A DNA stretch of 62,753 nt, filler included, from Rhabdomonas costata (taxonomy: Eukaryota): NCBI GenBank assembly GCA_019059605.1. It is 43 parts of 43 records of this genome, joined end to end, with 100 filler letters (N's around TTAATTAATTAA, not from the genome) between each part and the next. Parts side by side here need not be neighbours in the genome. Positions count along the whole stretch, not along the records: positions 49,710 to 51,070 come from JAHMHO010018222.1; positions 51,171 to 52,531 come from JAHMHO010018223.1; positions 52,632 to 53,992 come from JAHMHO010018224.1; positions 54,093 to 55,453 come from JAHMHO010018225.1; positions 55,554 to 56,910 come from JAHMHO010018226.1; positions 57,011 to 58,371 come from JAHMHO010018227.1; positions 58,472 to 59,831 come from JAHMHO010018228.1; positions 59,932 to 61,292 come from JAHMHO010018229.1; 35 more parts are not named here. The stretch is one strand, 5' to 3'. Under the pieces are notes generated by a model that worked only from the letters and a program-made list of their open reading frames with translations, did not search any database and was not told the origin of the DNA. Positions 50,625-62,753 of the stretch are shown here, piece by piece. The position numbers and the translations under genes were made by a program. The stretch's first letter is position 1. Every line of letters starts with the position of its first letter.

Positions 50625-50655
<31 letters not shown>

Positions 50656-50910
50656 GCAGCCTTTGCTCTTTCACCAACCTAAGGCGAAGAAGTTCGCCAA
50701 ACTCTTGCGTGCCTCTGCCTTGCGCAGGGCGCTCTGGCTGAGGACTCAGAGGGTGAAGTCCGGCTGAGCCGCCGGCAGCAGAGGGGCCTTGCTGCGGAGG
50801 TCCGCCGGGTGCTGCTGCGGAAGGCCCAGGTGGTGTGCGCAACCTGCGTAGGTGCGGAGGGCTGCGGAGAGCTGGAGTTCCCGTTCGTCCTTCTGGACGA
50901 GGCCTCGCAG
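49978..50910 (+). CDS. Upf1-like superfamily 1 helicase, two exons (partial)
   Basis: Exon 49978-50207 GKT...VLVSAFSNQGVD...IVRVG (motifs I and Ia) and exon 50728-50910 AQVVCATCVGA...FPFVLLDEASQ (motif II). Confidence 0.92.
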
Positions 50911-51282
50911 GTTATCTGCCCTCCCCGGGCTGGTTAGGGGGGGGGGGCTTGTTTTCTTGCCGCTGGGTGCATTTTTCGGAGTTGTGGCTCAGATCTCTAC
51001 CCTGACTTTCAATGGTAAATAGAAACGGTAGAGAGACGCAGTCCCTTTGTGTGTACCTGGACACAACAACNNNNNNNNNNNNNNNNNNNNNNNNNNNNNN
51101 NNNNNNNNNNNNNNTTAATTAATTAANNNNNNNNNNNNNNNNNNNNNNNNNNNNNNNNNNNNNNNNNNNNTCCTGCTTTGCCCTTACTGTTTGCTGTTCG
51201 GATTTTCTTTGGGAGGCGGTGGGGTGCTTTCCCTCTGTGGCAGGGTGATCGTGCACATCTTGACGACAGAGAGTTGTGGCAG

Positions 51283-51653
51283 TTTTCTATACCAACAAAA
51301 AGGGACCTGAGCACTAGTCCCAAGTTCAACAGCAATGAGCTCCCGATAAATCCTGAAACTTATCGCCAGCCATTCTTTGGAAGCCCCACTTTTATCGTCT
51401 CCGAGGTGGAAACGCCCCCACCCCTATCACCGCGTACATTCAGGGGATACCTGAAGGAGTGTTGCGGGGGCGCAGTCTTGTGGGTGACGGACTGGTGAGC
51501 ACGCCCTCGCTGTGGGCCACGGCGTACTTCGCGGCCAGCGCAGCGGAGGCGCTGGCAGGAGAGGGCGCGGGCTTCCCCGAAAGCCGCCCCGAGGGGGGCC
51601 GAAAGAAGAACTCCGAGGGCATCGCTATTCCTAACCACCAATCTCACGACTGA
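51283..51653 (+). CDS. Hypothetical protein, possible last two exons
   Basis: An open frame to 51405, a candidate 38-nt GT-AG intron (51406-51443), then an in-phase GC-rich frame to TGA at 51653. Confidence 0.35.
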
Positions 51654-54514
51654 CTGCAACCACTACGACCTCACACCGTTGCGGAAGGGGTGGAAGACAG
51701 GCAGGCCCCTTCCTCCATCGCTATTTTCATGAGAAACAAACCTTGACTGCGAAGCCAAAAACAAAAAATGAGAGAGAGACCACGTGCAAACGAAACCACC
51801 CGGTTCAGTAGGTGTCCGGAGCGCGGAGACCGAGAGGTGCTGCTCATATTTAAAAGTGTGCGGTCTCCTACGTCTTAATCACCATACTGCTCGCGAGCAA
51901 GGGTGTGACGTTAGAAAAGCAAGTGCAACGATTCCTGCCGTCTCCCATCGTGCTGGTCCCAGTAGTGAAGGAACAGGGGGCTGGGAAACATCGCCAGCAC
52001 ATTCAGTCCTCGAGCAGATTCCTCAAGTCTTCGAAAGGTTGCATGCCTTAACGCAGCACAGCCAAGCGTGACGCACCCCTGTACTCACGGGCGACCCCTT
52101 TGTATCCCCTGAAAGGCAATGAATTGCAAAGCTGGAGCACTATCCCCCAACAATTAACAACTAACATTTAAACCCTTTGACTCGGGCATATCACTTTCAA
52201 ACAGATCAATCTTGATCTTTGATCAAGCCCAAACGCGCGTTGCGGAGCAACACTTGTCAGCGCAACACGCTAACAACACCTCAGAAACAACCAGTCGCCC
52301 ACAACTGTCCCAACGACGGTCCCAAGTGTGTCCAAAGGACGCGGTCCCAGACACCTTTCCTCCACAAGGTCACGAAATGGGATTCGCAGATTCAGTGGGA
52401 TGCACTGGGCACTGCTCGGTAGGCGCCCAAGGAACGTGCCTGAGGGGCACCACCGGCCACACCGGGGGGGCCCTGCGGTCCACGGCGTCCTCAAACTGTG
52501 CGTTCAGCTCCGCCTCCAGAGCCCAAACCCCNNNNNNNNNNNNNNNNNNNNNNNNNNNNNNNNNNNNNNNNNNNNTTAATTAATTAANNNNNNNNNNNNN
52601 NNNNNNNNNNNNNNNNNNNNNNNNNNNNNNNGGGGTGTGGGGGCTACCGTCGCCTGTCAATTTTTGTTTGGGTATGGTGCTAATTACGGTAACTTGGATG
52701 CACGGCGTGTTGGAATCTGCCACCAGAAAAACTCGTTGCATAAACCATCTTCTCAGTTTTCACGTCTTGTAGTTAGGAACGGGGCCGGGATGCAAGAAGA
52801 GAAGATTCTTCGGGGGGGGGGGGCTAAAGCCCCTCTTCTCCACAAGTCTCGCAAGGAGGGAACCAAACTCACCGAAAGCACGCGTCCCCTTCACCACATC
52901 GTGTGGCGAAAAGAAAAAGGTATCCAAAACCCTGCGCAAACGGAATACCACCCTCGAACAGGATACGTGGAGGAGGAGCTATTGCACGGGCTGCGTTGCT
53001 CCCAGCCATAAAAAAAATTTGAAGTCCAGCCGCCACGCAAAAGAGAAGCACAAATGGTGCGTGGGGACTAAGGCACGACGCATAAAGGCAGAAAGCAAAG
53101 CAAGTTGGAGCAGACCGGAGCAAGGGACCCCAAGGGTTTCACCTCACTCTGGACTACTCCGCTACCCCTACCCCAGCACAAAGCACAGCGTCACCAGCGC
53201 AAAGGAAGGCAAAGAACGGAGTTTGGGCAGCACTCACACGCACCCCCCCCCCCTTCGAAAAACACGCCATGTGCCACCAACCCACACACCAGCAGAGCAG
53301 CGAACCATACCGCTTGACAGGCAGAGGCAACACAGTCAGCCAAAAGAAAAAAGCGCGGCGAGACGCAGCGTGCGTGGGTGAGTGATGACGAACGCGCATT
53401 CACATGCTCCAGCCCGTACCCGTGGCCCATTGCCAACCCTGCATTCACCCCACTGCGGCCCATGGCTGATATGAGCCTGAGCCTGAGGTCGAGCCTATCC
53501 ATCCGATCACACAGTACAAAAACAGAGTGACGCGGCCCTGAGGAAAAACGCAGCCAACGGACTGACTGCCACAGACATTCCAAAGCACCCGCGGGAAAGG
53601 GAGGTGCGAGGCGAATGCACCACCAGCGGGCACGCACACACGCACACACACATAAAACCATACACCAACAGCTACAAGAAGGGGCAATACAGATGTGTGG
53701 GAGACACAGCAGAGGCCGTGAAAGAAAGGCGTAGCCCCAGGCGAGCCAGCTCTCTCCTCTCCCGCACAAAGAGCCCGGGGCCAGCCTCTGGAGCGGTGCT
53801 GAAGCCGCCGCAGGGTGACGGGGGAAAGGTGCCGCCACAGACACCAGTGAGGTAGAAAATGCTCGGGTACGCATGTACGCATGCACGCATGACACGGGAC
53901 GCAGGGTCGTCCATGGCATGATGAGAAACCTAACCCCCACATGCACACTACACTGCTGTCAAACAATACAACAACCCCCAAACACACCAACANNNNNNNN
54001 NNNNNNNNNNNNNNNNNNNNNNNNNNNNNNNNNNNNTTAATTAATTAANNNNNNNNNNNNNNNNNNNNNNNNNNNNNNNNNNNNNNNNNNNNGGGGTTGG
54101 TGATTTGTGTCGAAGTGTATGTTGCCTGATGCCGGTGCAACAGGGGCTGCGCAAGGGCGTTGCAGGTGTTTGTGTGTGTGTGTGTGTGCGTGTGTGTGTG
54201 CTCCCTTTTTTCGTTCTCCAAGGGTCTGGTCGCTGTTCAAATGCCCATTACCACTGCGGTTTGTGATGCCGGATCGGAAATAAGAACGAAAGCGTTATAG
54301 GAAGCTCTTCGTCCTGCCTCCACAGCTTTGAGAGGTTAAAATAGTTGCAGCCCTCCCTTAATTAGATCCGAGCTCACGCCATTCTTTTTGTGGCCAACAC
54401 CCAAAACCGATGCGAACTTATCCAACAACGGAAAAAGGTATCACTTTTCGAACTGCTCCTCGTGAGTTTGGATGCCCCTTAGCCTTTCTCTCTCTCCCTC
54501 TTTCATTTGCGCAG

Positions 54515-55440
54515 ACGCGGCCACCACAGCACCCCTCAGAAGATCACTCTGGTGGGCCAGGGCTTCTCCAGCACGCCCTACGTGCGGTGCATGTTCTACA
54601 CCGCAGCGCCTGCACCGCGCTGGATCCCCCCGCTTTACACCTCACTGGTCTTCAGCACAAGTGGAAAAGTCACCTGTGATCAGCCTTTATTAAGCAGGTA
54701 GGGGGTGCTGGTGCTTGGCCCTCTCCTTTATACAGGTTCGTTCCTTTGATTCCGTTGATTCCTCCCTCAAAAGTTCCCTGAAAGGACTGTCACTCTGCCA
54801 TGTAGTGCGTGTTGTCCCTTTGACACAGTTTTTCCAATTGGATGCTCATTTATTTATTTTAGAGTTGTCGTTTGCACCTCAGGTCGACGTTTTTCTTGGT
54901 ACCGTCCACACCGCTTTTTAGCTTAGACGCTCAATGCTGGAACACATGTTAGCACCTTTTGGTTGTCCTTTTTCCACATCTTTTCGCTCACGTATTTCAG
55001 AGCGATGCCCATGCCAAGTTACGTAGAGGTTACCTTCGACGGCTTCGTGTACAGCCGGTCCAACCAGACCTTTGATATCGTGGGTGAGGCATGTGAGATT
55101 GGCTTCCCACCCGGAGCCTCCTTCAAGCAGACCTACCGCTCCGGCGAAAACGTTACCCTGGATGACATCGCGATCTGGGTCTGTGTCATCGTTCAAATCA
55201 TTTTTGTCAGTTTTCAGCTACCAGTGGTAACTAGGTTTCACGGTTTGTGGCTAGAGTCAGAAAAGGGCGTTCAGTACATTGGAATCGAAACCTCGGTTCT
55301 CAAAGACCTCTGCAATGCAGGTTCACTGCTGCGTTCGGGCACCCCCCTCTGCAGGTCTTCGACAATGAGAGCCACCCTCTGCTGGGTTTGGACCCGGTGG
55401 CCAGGCTGTTCACCCTGAACCTCACCTATGTGCTTTCCCC
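54515..55440 (+). CDS. IPT/TIG-domain protein, three exons (partial)
   Basis: Exons 54515-54697 (ITLVGQGF...VRCMF...VTCDQP), 55001-55178 (VEVTFDGFVYSRSNQTFDIVG) and 55355-~55440 join in phase. The pattern fits an IPT/TIG fold. Confidence 0.75.
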
Positions 55441-55558
55441 TGCAACCACCACANNNNNNNNNNNNNNNNNNNNNNNNNNNNNNNNNNNNNNNNNNNNTTA
55501 ATTAATTAANNNNNNNNNNNNNNNNNNNNNNNNNNNNNNNNNNNNNNNNNNNNGGGGT

Positions 55559-56391
55559 TGGGTGCGGAAGTCCGCCGAAGGGGGCCACGCCTCCGCGCAG
55601 TGCCTCCTGGGTGTCAATTATAAGGTTGGCAAGGGACGTGTGGGTGTGGCTCTGTTTTAACTTCTTTGTTTAGCGGTTTAGCTTCGCAGCAGCCTTGGCA
55701 ACAGCGGATGTAGTGGACACAGCAGTTCACTCCTGCAATTTGTGCGTAGTTGCCAGACAACCTGCCAATCCGCCCTTGTCCACTGACAGTGATCATAGCT
55801 GTCGATCGCATGTTATTGTGTCTTAGTGCTGAAGGAATGGAATGTCAGCAACAACGACTGGTTTATTTTAACTCCTTTCACTTCAAAAGTGAAAATTGTC
55901 CATTAAATGAGAACAGTTCGAATTAATTGTGGAAAAGGGGTCGAAAATAAAAGACGAACTGAGATGACATTTTTTACCCTGTCCCCGTCGTTACGTTGAC
56001 GTTTCCCATGTTTTGGCGTTGGACTTCTAAAATTCTCAGCTTTAATGTGAAGTGGACTATAAAACGGGGCCCATGACTGGCAACCGTTACCCCCAACCTC
56101 CAAAGAAAAACCTACTTGCCTCCCGGGTGCTGGATGGGTGGGGGTAGGTGTTGAGTGTGAGGTGTTGGGTGGTGGGTTCCCCCAGGAGGGGTGGCTGCTT
56201 CCCCCGAACAAGGACCTGGCTCGGCAATGGCTGGAGAAGGCCGCTCAGCAGGGCTACACCAAGGCCCAAGTGGCGCTTGGGGTGGGCATGATGATGGGCC
56301 AGGGCCTGCAGAGAGACAACGCGCGGGCTGTGGAGTGGCTCCAGAAGGCCGCTCAGGATGGCAACGACGATGAGGCGCAGCTTCACTTGGG
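55559..56391 (+). CDS. Sel1-like repeat protein, two exons (partial)
   Basis: WVRKSAEGGHASAQCLLGVNYK (to 55624) joins EGWLLPPNKDLARQWLEKAAQQGYTKAQVALG...AVEWLQKAAQDG (56186-56391). Confidence 0.92.
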
Positions 56392-58559
56392 GTTTCGCAC
56401 CCACGCCGTTTTTTTCTACACTGCACTCGCACTCACACTCACACACGCTCACGCTGCCTGCACAATGCAGCTGCGTGCACCATTTTTCAGAGGTCTTCTG
56501 AGGTTTCCCCTGAGCCCCTGAGGCTTTGCATGAATTACCCACCCCGCGAATCGCCATGCCCAGATTCGAGCCCCCATCTATTAGCAAACTGTTCCAAAAT
56601 TTTCAAAAATGTAAAATGCTTGGTATATTTCGAAAATTCCTTGCTGTAACCCTAAAGTGTAACCACAGTGGGTGTGGTCCACTCGGCCGCCGATCTGCTG
56701 CTGTGCTATGTCTTATTCTGCTGGGTTTACATAATATAGCAGGCTACATCGAAAACTGAGAGATTGGATTATCCGTGCGAAAAAAGGCACATTGCGCACC
56801 ATTTGGGGACCAGCGGCATGAACGCAGGGTAAAAAGACTCTTTCGGAGTGTAACTAGGCTTGCATTTTCCTTTTCCAGTCTTGTTTCCAATCTTTTAGTA
56901 TGACAAAACCNNNNNNNNNNNNNNNNNNNNNNNNNNNNNNNNNNNNNNNNNNNNTTAATTAATTAANNNNNNNNNNNNNNNNNNNNNNNNNNNNNNNNNN
57001 NNNNNNNNNNTGTGTTGGGTGAGATTGGGTGTTGTTGTACATTACGTTTGGGTTTGACGGAGTAGCGTTGAAGCCTTTTATGCGGGATACAGGGCCAGCG
57101 ATGCAGTTGTTGCAGTCGAGCTGGTGGAGGGAGTGCAGCCAGATTGTCGCGGTCAAGCGCGCTTGGTGTTTAACAGCCAAGTCGGTCGCTGACCCTCCAA
57201 GTTTTTCTGCAGTCCCGGGATCCAACTGCAAAACTGCAAAACACTTTGGCGTGTCATGGCATTGGAATCCCCCACCCCTCTCTTCTGGCAGATCATTCCG
57301 ATGTGTCTGCCCAGAACTCGGAGATTGATGTTCCACAGAAAGGTGCTGCTGTTGCTGCAATGGTACGTGTACGTGCAGCCCTCTTTTTTGAGAACGGGGG
57401 AGTGGGTTCAAGCTGGTGCTTTCTCCTTGACTGCTGTGCTTCGATTTCCGCACTTCCTTTTCCCGTGCCTTTTTTTTTTGCATCTTTCGCTCCTCAGCTT
57501 ATGAACGGAGAACCGGTTGTGGCTGCATTGGTAATGTTATAAAGGATAGTTACACCCCAAAACTCAGAAGGACGTATGTGGCGTATTTCAACCTGGAGTC
57601 GTCAGACCTTATACAATTGCCATCGTCTTCCGCAGGATGGTTATATGGTCCTGCGACTCCCCCTGCCATCCCTGGCTCGCACCCATACCAAGGAAAGGTC
57701 TTGTTTTGTGTTGCCACGCGCCGCAGGCGCGAGGAAAATTTCGATTTTTCCACCCAGCCGGAATGCTTCCGCATCACGCCTGCGGGTTGTGTGCATTTTT
57801 GGTCCTTACACGGGTAGGTTTTCTGCTTGGGAAGCACAAAACAGCTGAAAAAAGAAAAATTCTGTGGTTCTGAGTTTACGGTGTAACGTACCTTATATGG
57901 TGTGTGATCGTTCATATTCACTCCCAACTTTTTTGTTCACAAATCATATCGTAAGGTGGGCACCCTGTATTCAGGGAACTGGTGGAACTTTGGAGGACGT
58001 GTTTGGCAGAGGCCAGCTGCAGGTGTGAGCAGCCAAGGCGGAGACAGATGGGTAGTTTGGGGTTTTAGGATGTACGTCAAAAAGCAACGTATGAATGGGA
58101 GGGGACCACTCTAGCTTCGTTTCTCACTGCTATCGGTATGGGGGACAGAAGGGCTGAAAGAAGAAACAGACGCATCCCAAAGATGTATGGATTAAAGAGA
58201 TGCCCGTAGCTAACAGGCGCGATGCTCGCACGGACATAGCGCATTCCTGTTCTGTGGGACGGGACCCCACACAACAGGACAGGAATATCTGCACTTCCGC
58301 CAGTTCTGTGCAAATACAACGATTACTTGGTCAAAATAACACAGAAACTACCCAACAATAACACCACAACCNNNNNNNNNNNNNNNNNNNNNNNNNNNNN
58401 NNNNNNNNNNNNNNNTTAATTAATTAANNNNNNNNNNNNNNNNNNNNNNNNNNNNNNNNNNNNNNNNNNNNGGTGTTGGGGGGCCATTCCTTTTGATTTA
58501 AATTTTCTTTTCATTTCATTAAAAGACAAACTAGAATCCTCTAGTTTCGAGGGGTTACG

Positions 58560-59478
58560 TTTTCTTTCCAGCTCGGGAGCCCGAGAGGAACCCTCTCCTT
58601 TCAAGTGAGCCTCGGCCTCCTCGTCAACGGAGGTAGCTGGGTAAGCGCCGGGCAGGTCCAGGGGTGCAGCCAATTGGGGAGACTCCACCGCGACCATGGC
58701 CATGGGCCTCCGCTCAAAAGGCACCACCGTGAGCCGCGGAGGGGGCTCCTCCGTGAGGCACACCTGAGGCAGCACAGGTTCGACGCAGGTCAGCAGGTAT
58801 GCTTTCATCCGACAACCCAAAGTAAAGGTACTCCACAGCTGACACGGAATTTCAACCAGTTTTAGTTTTCCTACTTGTGGGGGAAGAACACGCTGAGCCT
58901 GCGGTCCTTCAAAATAGGCCAAGTAACCAGCGAGAAAGGATCCAGTGTGACCGATCAGGGGAAAGCAAGGAATCAGCTTTGGGGTTTGGGGTTCCGGGAA
59001 TTCCCCCCCGGGCATCGACAGTCCATGAAGTGTGAACGGATTCCTTTACCCATTGAACAGACTCATTTTTTTCATGATGCCGCACTATTGCAGATTGCTG
59101 TATGGTCTTCTAGCTGCACATGTGTCTACCTGGTAACCAGAGAGAGACCCGCAGAAGCTGCAGTAACCCACTTGAGTAGCAGCGGCAACGAGTGCACCCA
59201 CACCGCCCTCCCCTCCTTGGCACTGCTATCATGTGCAGTTAAAGTCGTCACCACTTAAACCACCGCGACCAATACCATCGCGCTTTCAAATAGCTCTGAA
59301 AACCATCCAACTTGCGATCTAGATTCCCCACATATACAAACCTCCAGTCGCACTGGACGCAGTGCCCGCAATCGAGCCACAACAGTGCCAAGCACCAACT
59401 CCCGGAAGTCCCCCACCGCCAGCCCCGGGCTGGCGTGCAGCAGCAAGACCACCGCGAGCACCGACTGGACTCCCTGTC
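58560..59478 (-). CDS. Hypothetical protein exons
   Basis: GC3-rich open frames at 59478-59342 (with a GT donor) and ~58801-58560. Phases do not join directly and no family was recognised. Confidence 0.4.
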
Positions 59479-60349
59479 CTATCCCACCATCAGCCATACA
59501 GAGTGAGAGTGAATGCAGAGAGAGGTCAGCGATCGCAGGGTCAGGACCACGGGCCCATGAAACAGAAGCAGGCTTCCAATCCAAGTACCCCAAAGAGCAA
59601 AAGCAAAACAGCAAGAGCGAGAGGGTAAATACAAACACCTGCGAGGTAAAAGGTGGTAGGACCGCAATGCAAACACTGACACAGTCATACACATCTGCTC
59701 ACCACCGTTCCCTAGCAAAAGCCTCCGGGAGTGGGAACGGGTTGACTCCATTCCTGCGGGCAGACAGATTCATGAGAACAGCAGCGACTTCGGATCCACA
59801 AAAACTCCTCGCAACTGCACAACACACAGCTNNNNNNNNNNNNNNNNNNNNNNNNNNNNNNNNNNNNNNNNNNNNTTAATTAATTAANNNNNNNNNNNNN
59901 NNNNNNNNNNNNNNNNNNNNNNNNNNNNNNNGGTTTGTTTTGAAACACCACAAAAAGGCAATTTTGCAAGCGCCTGCTAGAGTTCGCCCAGCAACGAGCG
60001 TCGGGAAGTGTAGAGCCAACATATCGCCCAGTTCCGTGCTTCCACTCCTCCGCTGTTTACTTCTTTTGCTTGAAAAGTGCGCGCATTATTCTGTGTTTTG
60101 CAGGGTCTGAAAGCGGACCGACTGACCTATTTTGTGGTACTTTTGAGATGCAATCGTCCATTTTTGCTGCACTCATATTTTTCCCCGGGTGAGTGTCCGG
60201 ATGCTTACGAGCTGGACACTTTAGCAATCATTTCGCATCATCAGATATCGAAGAAGGAAAGAGCGGCCCTGGCCGTGAGGATAGAACACAGTGACAAGTG
60301 AGCTGGCTTCCGCCTGTCACCCGCCCAACCACCCTCTTCCGCGTCTCAG

Positions 60350-60584
60350 GTTTGTCACGTGGCCGAGCCCGTTGCACGAGTACGGGGCGGTGGACCGGCT
60401 GCTGAGCTCATTACTGCGCATGACCCAAATGGCGGCGGCGCTGAGCGGAAGTACCGTGATCCTCTCCCAGGTGGGCCACCCCACGGGCGCCGAGCCGGAG
60501 AGCATGGCCTCCCTTTACCTCACCCTCAGCCACGAGGCCAAGTCCACGGTGTTTGAGATCGACCTGTATCCCTCGTTCCAGCTG
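60350..60584 (+). CDS. Hypothetical protein exon
   Basis: CAG/GT-bounded and GC3-rich: FVTWPSPLHEYGAVDRLLSSLLRM...VFEIDLYPSFQL. Confidence 0.65.
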
Positions 60585-62379
60585 GTCGTCTCTCTCATCC
60601 TTCCTCTGTCCGTGCCTCGGTTTTGCGGATGGAGCGTGTACGCGATTTATTAGAGGAGTTTATGCTTTGGAGACCTTTTAGCGGCTTTTGGAGGATGCCA
60701 AAGCCACCCGCAGACCTCGGTGCAGAGGTAAAGCGGCAGCAGCTCGATTGCAGTTGGTCCATTTGCAAAGGGCCTCAGGTGACTACCCACGACAAAAACA
60801 TGCTAGTTTGCGGAGCCGACAATCCTGGTTTCACAATTTTTTGCTGTCGACGAGCGTCATACCGAATAACGCTCTCATTCCCCAAATTGACCCGGACCTT
60901 CTTTGTTCCCCTGTTGCAGCTCGTGACTTGGTTTGTGCTATGACCTGGATTCACCCCTACGTGTGGTTTGGAGGTCTCTACTGCTTCATGGGTGACGATG
61001 GGAATTTGTAGGTTGCTTAATACCCCACCCACCCACCACGCACCACAAACACACACACACACAAATTTACACACTTCCAGTTTCTTCCAGGTTGTGAGCA
61101 TCTGCACCACAAAGTAAAAAGAAACACCCGCACAGCGTGCGATGCGCCCAACACACACACACACACACACACGGGAATAACCCGCGGAAAGCGTGCGAGA
61201 GAAGAGGAATCAAGGGAGGACGAAGCAGAAGTATTACCTCCACGCAAAGACGGAGTAAGAGTGCGGGCATGGCATATCGGTAAGTCCCATGCNNNNNNNN
61301 NNNNNNNNNNNNNNNNNNNNNNNNNNNNNNNNNNNNTTAATTAATTAANNNNNNNNNNNNNNNNNNNNNNNNNNNNNNNNNNNNNNNNNNNNGGGTTGGT
61401 TGGCAGACCACTTGCTCTTTGTCAGAAAAGCGTTTTACCTGTTCCTTGCAGCTAGGAGTCTCAATGACCGCGAGCCTTGTTATTTAATCTCGTTTAATCG
61501 GTCGGTATATGACAAAACCGAAACGACCCAAGCACATCCTTTAGAGTTGACCTCACACCAGCCATTTTGATTCATCACAATCCGACTGGGCACTGTGGCA
61601 CCTGCACCCGCACACCGATTCAAACTTAGACTTGTCCAGCTGCATTGTGGAAAGCGCTGAGGAAACAATTTTCTTCGAAACCCCGGCTTGCTCCTAAAAG
61701 GAGCGTAAAAGATTTCCCGCCAAAAGAGCTTACCCAGCCGAGTCACCCGAGTTCACGGCCACAAAGAAAACAACAAGGACACCTGGAACGCGAGGAAAAC
61801 GGAGACAGAGAATACCATCATGAGCACAAGATTTGCTGCACTGAATTACGAACAGTCCAGCCAAAGGCGATGCTTCTGGTGGTTGTATGGTCCACTGCTG
61901 GCACAGCGTTTGCGCGCTTGACCCTCATGGTCCGCGATTTTCCACATTCCAAAATCTTGTTGGTATAACTCTCTTTGTCTCACTGTGGATATCTCGGTGA
62001 AACCAGTAAAATAGTTGCACTGCAGTTTGTATGTGTGCCCAAAAAAGCGTCTCCAAAAAATGAGCGGTTGGCCACGGAAAACGCAAGAGAAGGGGCGAAA
62101 AAGAAAACGGCTCAAGGGGTGAAGCAGTGCCAGACAGGGTGCAGGCGAAGCCCATCTCCAAGAAAGGGAGCTTCTTCCGAACGAAGGTCAAAACGAGGAA
62201 ACTAAAGAACCCAAACAGAAAACAGCCCCGCTTCCGGAGGCACAAAAATTCATCATAATGTACACCACGAGAGAGAGAGAGCCCACAGAAAAAGACCAAT
62301 CCGTCGTCGGCCGACCAAAATGCAACCAAGACCCATGATCCCTTCTCTCCTTTGTCCGTGTTGTCCCCTCTTTTTCCAT

Positions 62380-62568
62380 TCAATACTCGGTGCTGTCCCG
62401 GATGTCTGTCAGGGCCTGCTCGATTCCCGGGAACCTGAACTGGAACCCCGTCTGCAGTGCTTTCTCGGGGTACACGTTCTGGCCGTCCAGCAGGAGCGTG
62501 CTCTCCTCCCCCATAAGGGTGCGTAGCACAAACCCAGGGACGGGAAGCACGGTTGGCCGCCACAGCGC
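62380..62568 (-). CDS. SDR39U1: SDR39U1/YfcH-like epimerase family protein (DUF1731), terminal exon
   Basis: ALWRPTVLPVPGFVLRTLMGEESTLLLDGQNVYPEKALQTGFQFRFPGIEQAL matches the family's RP...P...GE...LLxGQxVxP...GFxFx(F/Y)P C-terminus. Confidence 0.88.
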   Translation of the reverse strand, partial: ALWRPTVLPVPGFVLRTLMGEESTLLLDGQNVYPEKALQTGFQFRFPGIEQALTDIRDSTEY

Positions 62569-62753
62569 CTGTGTTCCACAACAGACACGGGCAGTGAAAA
62601 CCACAGGCAGGATTCATGATGACATAGATTCACACTTCATACCCGTCACGGCATTCTTCCCAAACAGTTAGTTGGTGGGTAATATGATGGAAACATGATT
62701 TTGGGGCTTAAGCCGAAGCACTGGAAGCACAGCGCTGGTCCTTGCACCACAAC

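Overview
This is not one locus. It is 43 unrelated contigs of about 1.36 kb, joined by identical 100-nt artificial linkers (44 N + TTAATTAATTAA + 44 N), so neighbourhood across linkers means nothing. The DNA is nuclear DNA of an intron-rich flagellated eukaryote with GT-AG introns and GC-rich exons. It is most likely a euglenozoan, probably a euglenid, judging from a trypanosomatid-like SHMT motif and adenylate cyclase, a class II aldolase and an articulin-like protein; this placement is inference. Recognisable spliced gene fragments: class II FBA, RtcA, archaemetzincin, adenylate cyclase, articulin-like protein, CHAT domain, CFAP57, SHMT, EGF, TAF9-like, SRP54, LamG, ankyrin, HIT, Upf1-like helicase, IPT/TIG, Sel1 and SDR39U1. 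G/T-only contig ends and eight terminal fold-backs point to whole-genome-amplification (WGA) artefacts. The most unusual element that looks genuine is a diverged palindromic structure at 35096-36170, with outward-facing arrays of ~34-bp repeats around a ~285-bp core. Also notable are two conserved genes with the same net frameshift and two contigs with exons facing each other on opposite strands. No rRNA, tRNA, SL RNA, CRISPR array or intact transposase was recognised, and I cannot establish a new biological system from this sequence alone.
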